Shown here one piece after another: positions 15,001 through 23,830 of a stretch of DNA of 64,000 nucleotides. The DNA is from Balanoglossus misakiensis. Its lineage: Eukaryota > Animalia > Hemichordata. The notes under the pieces are model-generated. The model made no database searches, was not told the origin of the DNA, and saw only the letters and a list, made by a program, of their open reading frames with translations. Within the stretch, counting starts at the first letter, position 1. Every line of letters starts with the position of its first letter. A program made the translations under genes and the position numbers. The stretch is from the NCBI GenBank assembly GCA_040954595.2, contig CM082586.2, positions 3,330,349 through 3,394,348 of the forward strand, given 5' to 3'.

Positions 15001-18000
15001 CAGTTGAGACAACAAGCGCTGCTGCACCAGATGTCACCAGTGCCAAGACATTAGCACCACCAGCAGTGACAACAGGTGCTGCACCAGTCGAGACAACAAG
15101 TGCAGCTGCTCCAGATGCTACCAGTGCCAAGACATTAGCACCACCAGCAGTGACAACAGGTGCTGCACCAGTCGAGACAACAAGTGCAGCTGCTCCAGAT
15201 GCTACCAGTGCCAAGACATTAGCACCACCAGCAGTGACAACAGGAGTTGCACCAGTCGAGACAACAAGTGCAGCTGCTCCAGATGCTACCAGTGCCAAGA
15301 CATTGGCACCACCAGCAGTGACAACAGGTGCTGCACCAGTCGAGACAACAAGTGCAGCTGCTCCAGATGCTACCAGTGCCAAGACATTGGCACCACCAGC
15401 AGTGACAACAGGTGCTGCACCAGTCGAGACAACAAGTGCAGCTGCTCCAGATGCTACCAGTGCCAAGACCTTAGCACCACCAGCAGTGACAACAGGTGCT
15501 GCCCCAGTTGAGACAACAAGCGCAGCTGCTCCGGATGCTACCAGTGCCAAGACCTTAGCACCACCAGCAGTGACAACAGGAGTTGCCCCAGTCGAGACAA
15601 CAAGTGCAGCTGCTCCAGATGCTACCAGTGCCAAGACCTTAGCACCACCAGCAGTGACAACAGGTGCTGCACCAGTCGAGACAACAAGTGCAGCTGCTCC
15701 AGATGCTACCAGTGCCAAGACCTTAGCACCACCAGCAGTGACAACAGGTGCTGCACCAGTCGAGACAACAAGTGCAGCTGCTCCAGATGCTACCAGTGCC
15801 AAGACCTTAGCACCACCAGCAGTGACAACAGGAGTTGCACCAGTCGAGACAACAAGTGCAGCTGCTCCAGATGCTACCAGTGCCAAGACCTTAGCACCAC
15901 CAGCAGTGACAACAGGTGCTGCCCCAGTTGAGACAACAAGCGCAGCTGCTCCAGATGCTACCAGTGCCAAGACCTTAGCACCACCAGCAGTGACAACAGG
16001 TGCTGCCCCAGTCGAGACAACAAGTGCAGCTGCTCCAGATGCTACCAGTGCCAAGACCTTAGCACCACCAGCAGTGACAACAGGTGCTGCCCCAGTTGAG
16101 ACAACAAGTGCAGCTGCTCCAGATGCTACCAGTGCCAAGACCTTAGCACCACCAGCAGTGACAACAGGTGCTGCACCAGTCGAGACAACAAGTGCAGCTG
16201 CTCCAGATGCTACCAGTGCCAAGACCTTAGCACCACCAGCAGTGACAACAGGTGTCGCACCAGTTGAAACAACAAGCGCAGCTGCTCCAGATGCTACCAG
16301 TGCCGAGACCTTAGCACCACCAGCAGTGACAACAGGTGCTGCACCAGTCGAGACAACAAGTGCAGCTGCTCCAGATGCCACCAGTGCCAAGACCTTAGCA
16401 CCACCAGCAGTGACAACAGGTGCTGCACCAGTCGATGCAACAAGTGCAGCTGCTCCGGGTGCCACCAGTGCCAAGACCTTAGCACCACCAGCAGTGACAA
16501 CTGATTTTCCCCCAGAACCCATCATACTGGAAACATCACCTGCGGCAACCACACATGTAGCTCCATTGGAGACAACTGAAGTAACCACGGGTAAGTTATC
16601 ACCTTCTGAGGGAATGGTGAGCGATATGTTAAAATGCTAATATCAACCTGGGATTATCATTATCCCAGTATCTAAGGTACATATTTATTTTTCTATCCTA
16701 GATGATTTTAAAGTGCAGACATCACTAGTAAAGCAGTTATTGCTCATCCATTTCTAACAGTGTGTGGTTTAATGACCAGCTTCCTCCAAAATATTTGAAG
16801 GTTTCATTCTGTTTATTGTTTTCATATTTCTATGAGAAAATAATTCTTTCAATTAACCTACATATCATAGTAGTTAAGGTACCTGTTATTTTATGGTTAT
16901 TTTCATTTCTTAGTTTGCAGTTGTGAACCCTATCCATCTTGCCCTGCTGGCTATGATATTAAACCAATTTTCCTACGAGAAGACGACTGCTGTCCTGTGT
17001 ATTTCATTTGTGAACCAAGTAAGTGCACTTTGTGTTTATCGGATCTATTTGTCATTTCAACCTCAAATGGGTGTCTGGTTTGGCAATCAATTTTTAATAT
17101 ACACGTACATACTAAGAATGTTTACACTTTTAACAGGTTGTCCAGCTGTGTGCCCTGCTTTGGAACCACCTGAATGTCCAGCTAATCAAGAAGCAGTAAG
17201 AGTTGAGAAGGAGTGTTGCTATGAATATAAATGCGTTCGTAAGTATTTGAAAGCTTTACAGTGTTACATTTAAAAAGCACGAAATAGTGATAATTATCAT
17301 GTTGCTCAGGTTAAAGGCAATAGAGCATTCTCCCTGCTCTAGCACTAAATTGAGTGATATCATTGCATGTGGTCTTTATAAAGCTGCAGTGCTGAGAAAT
17401 ATGGATCATGACAATTTAGCCAATCATATATTTTCAAGGGGGACTAGCAAAAAAAGAGTGACACATATGGCCCAAGTCAAACAATACCCTTTTAAACACC
17501 TAAATTTCATCCCAGGAAACTTTTTCAGCCGTGAGCATAAATGCACTTGTCCACGAGTGCCGACCTTTGATGCTATTAAAATAAAACACTATTCTTTCTG
17601 AATGTTGTATTGCCATATTTGTGTATCTTACATCATACAACTTGCAATTCTGTGTTTTTGTTAAAAATACATGAAAAATGATAAGCATGCCCATTTCTAC
17701 CAACTAAATCACATCCTCACTTTGGATGAGATCTCCCAGTTTCTGTTGTTAAATTATTGTTTTCCCTTCCCAGCATGCAATTGTCCACCAACTCCTATTT
17801 GTCCGGCTGGCTTTGACCTGAAACCCACCTATCCAACTGAAGGTGCCTGTTGCCCATCTTTCTACATATGTGAACCACGTAAGTATTAATAGCTCATTTC
17901 ATGAATCACTATAGTTAAAGCTTTTCTAAGCCGTCCTGTGGCCCAGCTTAAATTTTGATCAAAAGTATTATATCAATTTCCCCATACTTCAAAAGGAAAA

Positions 18001-19012
18001 GCCAAAATATGGAACTGAAGTACATACTTGGAATAATATGACATTGTATTCACCTCACACAGAAATTGAGGAAATAACAGTTGAGTTGAACCAGCAACTC
18101 TTCTAGCATTTCATGAAATCTCATTTAGTGTTGTCTATGGTTTATGCATTTGTGAAAGGCAAATTCTCTCCTTTCTTCAAGAGAGGGACTTCTTAATTTG
18201 TAAAAGGGATGAATGATTACAAACTAAACTAGGTACTGATAACACTCCACTAACAGTCTATAATACTGATGATTAATTTTTTTTGAACAGGCTGTCCTGC
18301 TGTGTGTCCACACATTGACCCACCAAGCTGCCCACTTGGTACTAGGGCTACTTCCGTCAAGAAAGAATGCTGTTACGATTATGAATGTGTACCAGGTAAG
18401 ATGTTTAACCTTTAGTATCTCTCCGTTTTCCACTGGAATGATGTGAGATTTATATCGCAAACGATGATTTCAAATAGGAAATATCATTTGTAAATTATCA
18501 GTCATACAACTATTTCTGATTACCACAATTTTCCATATTTATGGCTGGTACAGCTCTATCGAAATCATGTGGAAATAAATTCAATGCTTAAAATTTGAAC
18601 TGCATACACGTAGAAAATCAAAGATTTTGAACCAAAACCATCTACATTCACAGAAACCAGCAAGTGTGCCATGTTCCCAGTATCCCATGAACCTAAGTAC
18701 CTTGTCATGGATGACTGTGTCAGTGTCGAGCCTGTGGCAATGAATACATGCGAGGGAAGATGTTCGTCGATATCCTACTGGTCTGTGGAACACGATGACA
18801 CAAAGAGCGACTGCAAATGCTGCAGTGCCGTGGGAACCGTAAAACGACTGGTACCTATGAAGTGTGTTGGTGGTTTTGAAATGCTGTACGAATACACACA
18901 CATTACTTCTTGTGGATGCATGCAGTGTTCAGGAGGTAGTTATGGTATAAGTGATAACACTAACAATGAGGAACATTTCAGCAGGCGGTTACATATAGGT
19001 AACTTCAAGTGA
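15..19012 (+). CDS. Secreted gel-forming mucin (VWD-C8-TIL x3, PTS repeats, cystine knot); 5' end/signal-peptide exon lies upstream of the window
   Basis: Phase-consistent GT-AG exons: 15-119, 401-946, 1342-1496, 1747-1909, 2255-2486, 2614-2663, 3000-3316, 3458-3602, 3824-3997, 4158-4322, 5045-5285, 5550-5837, 5954-6003, 6210-6401, 6582-6775, 6938-7045, 7252-7537, 7769-10153, 10431-10541, 10755-10853, 11266-16590, 16914-17018, 17137-17238, 17774-17878, 18291-18395, 18654-19012. About 4,035 codons. Motifs include TFDG, CGLCG, C8 and TIL Cys patterns and an 11-Cys CK domain. Confidence 0.93.
401..2663 (+). CDS. Mucin D1 assembly (VWD1-C8-TIL-E)
   Basis: [14 protein letters not shown]...[16 protein letters not shown]; C8 [16 protein letters not shown]...[11 protein letters not shown]; [21 protein letters not shown]. 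Confidence 0.9.
3000..6003 (+). CDS. Mucin D2 and D' assemblies (VWD2-C8-TIL-E, TIL'-E')
   Basis: [14 protein letters not shown]...[16 protein letters not shown]; C8 [28 protein letters not shown]; two TIL-E units in exons 5045-5285 and 5550-6003. Confidence 0.9.
6210..7950 (+). CDS. Mucin D3 assembly (VWD3-C8-TIL)
   Basis: [14 protein letters not shown]...[16 protein letters not shown]...[10 protein letters not shown]; C8 [24 protein letters not shown]; CPIQC..CFEYKPC. Confidence 0.9.
8300..9990 (+). repeat. Coding minisatellite, 69-bp unit ([23 protein letters not shown]); about 17 near-perfect copies at 8800-9990 plus degenerate 5' copies
   Basis: Period 69 nt seen directly (ctaaaggagg at 9001 and 9070); lies in mucin exon 7769-10153. 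Confidence 0.95.
11370..16502 (+). repeat. Coding minisatellite, 84-bp unit ([28 protein letters not shown]), about 61 copies
   Basis: Near-identical 28-aa units across the 5.3-kb exon 11266-16590; one 24-bp partial duplication near 11860-11885. Confidence 0.97.
18654..19012 (+). CDS. Mucin terminal exon: cystine-knot (CTCK) dimerisation domain
   Basis: C..C..CEGRC..CKCC..C..CGCMQC, 11 Cys as in VWF/mucin CK; stop TGA at 19010-19012. Confidence 0.9.
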
Positions 19013-19255
19013 GTGTCTTTATTCCAAGAGGAAGATTTGAATGCAAGTTTTTAAAACTTGGGATGATTTTCCATATTGTTTACAGTACAGTACTATACAA
19101 ACTTGTTTTGGGTTTGGAACAACTGAGGGTGTTCAGGTGTTTGTTTAAAATAATGGTGGCTTTAAACTTATAATAGATGTTTACCAAAATGATCAAATCT
19201 GTGATCAGATGATTTCAAGGGTTACAACAAACTGATAAGACTATCAGAATCATAC

Positions 19256-19261
19256 AATAAA
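19256..19261 (+). terminator. Candidate polyadenylation signal of the mucin gene
   Basis: AATAAA about 245 nt after the stop codon. Confidence 0.5.
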
Positions 19262-20578
19262 CAAATTCAATTAACATTTAATTAGTTTGAAGATAATAGT
19301 TTTATGAATATGTTTAAGGTCTTGACTGAGAAAAGCGAAATTTGGCGCAGAACAATTCACTGCCTGCTGCAAATTATCAAGCTGAACTTTCATTGGAATG
19401 TCAAATTCTCACAGTAGGCAGATACTAAAAACAACTTTTAAAACAACGATATCCAGGCAGGACAATTCTTTGCAGTTATTTTAGGCCAGTCTAGATTCTT
19501 ACAAGGGAGTTCAAAGCAAACGACTTCAGTTTTACACACTTGACAGTGTATCCAAGAACGATGACAGATTACATTGTTTTCATCGCATTTACACAAGATA
19601 ACAATGCAAACCGTGAGAGGTGTAGGTGTATTTGGTAATGCTGCTAAAAACAAAACCAGACCTACAACCTTGTGTGAAATTCTCAGGTAGCTAGAGCTTT
19701 AAAATTATGCATGAGTTCTTATTATCCACTTATGATAAAAAGAAGGATACATGCAAAGTGACTTTACTGTGTTTTGTTAAGTTCAATTACGTTTAATACT
19801 TCTCAAACATTAAAGAAGAGTTACTTATACTATATAAATGTCACTTGTCTTTTTTTGTATAGCATCAGAGCTATCACACAGATGATAGTTTACATGAAGT
19901 TGGCAGACATATGCCCTCATAGCCAGTCAATACATATAAACTCCATATCACAATATCAACAAATAGGTGAACAGACATTTCTAGGTTTGTGATTGTCAGT
20001 TTTATTGGTAGGTAAATGTTCACATGGGTTAAGGCACCTGTGTTGTCTAGTACTGTGTGTCATACAATGCGAATTTTAAAAAAAGAGAGCGAGAGAGAGA
20101 GGAACAAAGACTGTGAAAAATGAAAAAATGAATGCACTTGATTCAAAAGAAAATAAATAAATATAACACAAAACTACAAAGGTACAATTAAATACAACAT
20201 TGCTCAAAATAATTATTATATGTGCGAAGTTGCTCACTTTTTGTCATTACTTGGTTACTTTTTTTGCTCAAACAACAGTTCACATGTTACCCAGCATTTC
20301 CCACAGGCTATAATGAAGTTGTTTGAGTAATTATGTGGTAGTGGTTCTGACACTTCGACTCAATTTATCTGATGTATTCATGAACACATTTTTATTTTGG
20401 CACAATACATATATTTAAAATATATTTATTTTAATGTATAAAAAGCTCTCATAGAGTACATGAGTACTGGCTTCATCAAGTGTAAAACTGCACATTGTTC
20501 AAACGTCGAAGATACAGTACAATGGATCCAACTGACCATGAAGGCAAAAGTTCATCCACGGTCGAAAGTCAAAACTCT

Positions 20579-21961
20579 TCAGCAGTAAGACTCTTCTCTC
20601 ATGACAAATTTCATCGCCTGTATTTTGCGATAGAGATCAATATACCTGGCTGCTTTCTTGGTGAAAGGTATGATGTAGTCGACACAGAAGTTTTTTCTGG
20701 TCAGGTGTGTTTCACCTTTACCTTTGAACTCATTGTAACTGACAGAGTTCAGGAATCCGATGGCTAGGTCATAACAGTTGTGATTGTTTTCATCATATCT
20801 AAAGGAGAAAATGAATAAATGCCTAACATTAGAGGGAAGTGGTTCACCATACAAAATTGTGAAGGGGTGTTATTCATTCATTGAATACCGGAAACATTAC
20901 AGTTAATAATGAATGTACATATTGTGGATGCCATCTACAAAAGCTGCAGGTGTTTTTTTAAGTTTAAATACCAAGAAAAATTCCTAAAACCACAAAAAGT
21001 TAGTAATTATGGCTAACATCAGTAATGTAATACAATGACATGTACCTTTGTGTTGTCCATAGTGTTGAGTTTGAATAATTCTCTAAAGATTCATCCCATA
21101 GTTCCATGAGTTCATCATCATATCTATCAAGAAGTGGCACGGACAGCGACTGCTGCCAACTGTGTTTGTCCTTATCTTTATGTAGACCTCCTTCATCGTA
21201 GTTATATACAGCACCTGACAGAAAACACAAAGATACCAAAATGCTCAGCATTAGGAAGAGCATGCCTGTTTCAATTTTGCTCTGTTCTCATTTTTACAGC
21301 GTTTCAAAGTTTAATAATAATACTAAGCAAAGAGTTCATCTCAAATTTTAAGCTGCATACCTTGCCAAAAACGTAAAGAAAATTCTTAAAACCTAATTCT
21401 ATTGTTAGAAGCAACATCTCAGTGATTTCACTTGGCATTTTCTCCAAATGAAATTCTTATAAAATATAAAGAATTAGCAAGAAAACTTGAGCCTTACCTT
21501 TGGAGTTAGTAATACCAACATGGAGATTTGCATTTCCCTGATAATCTCTGAAACAGGTAAAAATCATGTGAGAATTAGCTAATAACCATGGTAACATGTA
21601 TACATTGCTTGAGAAGTATGTGAAGGCAGTGAGGTAAACAATTGTCCATGTTAGTGAAGTCCCAAAACCATGGAGCCTGGATGTACATGTATGTGTAAAT
21701 CAGAGACAATGTGTGAACATATTTGAGAAAAAAAACTTACTGTAAGAATGTACCCACAGTGGGTTTGATTACCACACTGTGAGGCACGGCTTTAGCATTG
21801 GCGAACGGACTTGGGATTCTAAACGGCGGCGAGAGGCAGGGTGATGCGTCCAGGTCAACACCACATACTGGGCAGTTGTCAGGTATTTCAAAACAAAACA
21901 CATTCACTGGGTTGCAGTGGTTGAAACACAGAATTCCCAGCTCCCGGAACGATGAAGACAT
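20579..21961 (-). CDS. MKRN2OS: MKRN2 opposite strand protein (C3orf83) homologue, 219 aa
   Basis: Exons complement(21741-21961, 21498-21547, 21046-21214, 20579-20798) = 660 nt, in frame. Motifs FNHC..CPVC..SPF..IKPTVGTFL.DY...LHVGITNSKG.VYNY...W..SLSVPLL...RYDENNHNCY match my recollection of human MKRN2OS. Confidence 0.9.
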
Positions 21962-22019
21962 GTTGTGTTGTCAGATGTGGTTCCTAGATTGCACTGTAGG
22001 TGTAAAGAAATAGAGGTAA

Positions 22020-22110
22020 GGCAGGAAATGTATTTACAGGAAAATGCAGGAAGTGACGTCATTGTGTGATAGGTGACAAGAGAGACGCTTGAATCGTTGC
22101 CATGGTATCA
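22020..22110. promoter_or_regulatory. Candidate bidirectional promoter between MKRN2OS and EYS
   Basis: Three CAGGAA ETS cores; overlapping ETS-CRE composite CAGGAAGTGACGTCA (22047-22061); X-box-like GTTGCCATGGTATC (22096-22109); 60-150 nt upstream of the MKRN2OS ATG. Confidence 0.55.
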
Positions 22111-22713
22111 GTATGGTGTCCTTGGTTTACGTGGAGTGACTGTGGTTAGCGTATTGCGGACAGTGACATCTCAACGTATCATTTACTACAATAGGAACAC
22201 AGGACAAACCGTCGATGGTACTGGTATCAAAATACGGAAATGAAACCACAGGCACTCAGCAGTCAGGTGTACGGAGAAAGAAATATGAAAAACAAAAGTA
22301 TTAAAATGACTTGGTACTTACTGATCGCGTTCAATCCGGTGGCTAAAATGGCACGCAGTTGTCTGACGGTTCACCAGGTAGGAGACTAGATCATAGTCCG
22401 GTGCACGGCACGCCTCTATGGTCACTCCAGATCATGTAAATAATGACTAACTCCAAACGTGTAATGGAGATACAAAAAGCATCCCTAAGCTGCTACAAAT
22501 TTTACAGATGAGCTAAATTTATGCAACCGGTGACCTGAAACTGAGTCAGGCTAAGCAAAGTTTCCAACAAAGAGCAGTATTGTGTGCTTGGAATCCAATT
22601 TAAAATGGCCGTTTTCATTTCATGCTGGCACCAACTCAGCTGAGCTTTACAGTTAAGTGTGCGTTATGTAATATCTGGCTATAGTCAAAATCATCATCAA
22701 TGTAATAATTAAT

Positions 22714-22960
22714 TTATGATGTTGATTTTATCAATGTATCAATGACTATTTTCAGTAGGCCACACACACGCTCATTGCATTTTAAATTATCACTCTGAAT
22801 CCAGGAAAATGAAGATTTACTGGTGTGAGTTGAAGACCCAGGATTGCTGTAATTTGAAATAAGGTATGTCTGCTTGGGTATAGTCAGTGTTTTTGTGGTG
22901 TGGATCTTCAAACGCAAACATTGATTCCTCACCAAAGCAATGGTTTTGCAGGTTTTTTTT
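22714..22960 (-). mobile_element. Possible highly degenerate non-LTR (CR1/L2-like) reverse transcriptase remnant in the EYS 5' intron
   Basis: Translation LVRNQCLRLKIHTTKT ... IQSDNLKCNERVCGLLK loosely echoes the LINE RT C-terminal motifs W..N.L.LN..KT and SDDLKW..H; weak. Confidence 0.25.
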
Positions 22961-23830
22961 GATGATGCGTACAAGGCCAGTTGTTCCACTATTCATGTGG
23001 TCTATTTTAAGGTTTTCCATTGATACCGGGCTTAGTGTAAGTGTTTGTGTGTTTGACAAGCAGCTCTGAAGAGATTATTGTACCAGGCGTGCGCTAGGCT
23101 TGGTGTACGGTGTCACTACGTGTGCAAATGCAAGTGAATTATGCATCAATACTTCACAGTGAACAGTGAAATCGATGACGAATACATATTCAGCAAATTT
23201 TGTTTGGGACCACTAAAATGCATTGTCTCCTATAACACCTTTGGGGGTTAGAATGCATTGAGCAGAATACCTGTATCTTGCTTATATTGTGTCTCTGAAT
23301 TTAAACCCTCATAACCAGTGATTACCATGAAAAGCAAATGTGACTTCATGTTTGTGTCAGGTCACATTAAGTGGTTGCAACATATCTGTTTCTGGGGTTT
23401 TTTTACTGACAGAACTATTTCCAATGTTACACGCAAAACGAAATGCATATGACAACTTGACAAGTGACACAAATAATGAATACTGGTGTCACAGATGTTT
23501 GTTTTTTATTATCCTTGAAGGCTAATAATAATAGTGTGTTTGTAAGCAATGGTGGGGTAGTAAAACATAGCTTTTCGGTTTAAAATCAATCAATCTTGTG
23601 TCTTCTAACTTACATACAAGTGTGTTTTATCTTTACAGGTGTGGCAGTCAGTATTCAGAGAAACGGGACAATGCATGTGCAATTACAGATTTTATGCAAA
23701 AAAAAGACCTTGCGTTTTGTTAAATTGTTCACATCTGATGTGAGATGTGATGTAGTTGGAAAAAATCATCGCTAAACCCACATGGGTGGAGACCATGATG
23801 ATTCAGTGCTTGTAACATAACACCAGTGCT

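Noticed and set aside
11370-16502. Regular repeat array as a CRISPR
   Set aside because: Contiguous in-frame coding units, no unique spacers, no cas genes, eukaryotic context.
11153-16588. 1,811-aa antisense ORF (and the 809-aa one at 7773-10202)
   Set aside because: Shadow frames of the sense-strand repeat exons; a stop-free unit repeated many times stays open on the other strand. No splice or domain support.
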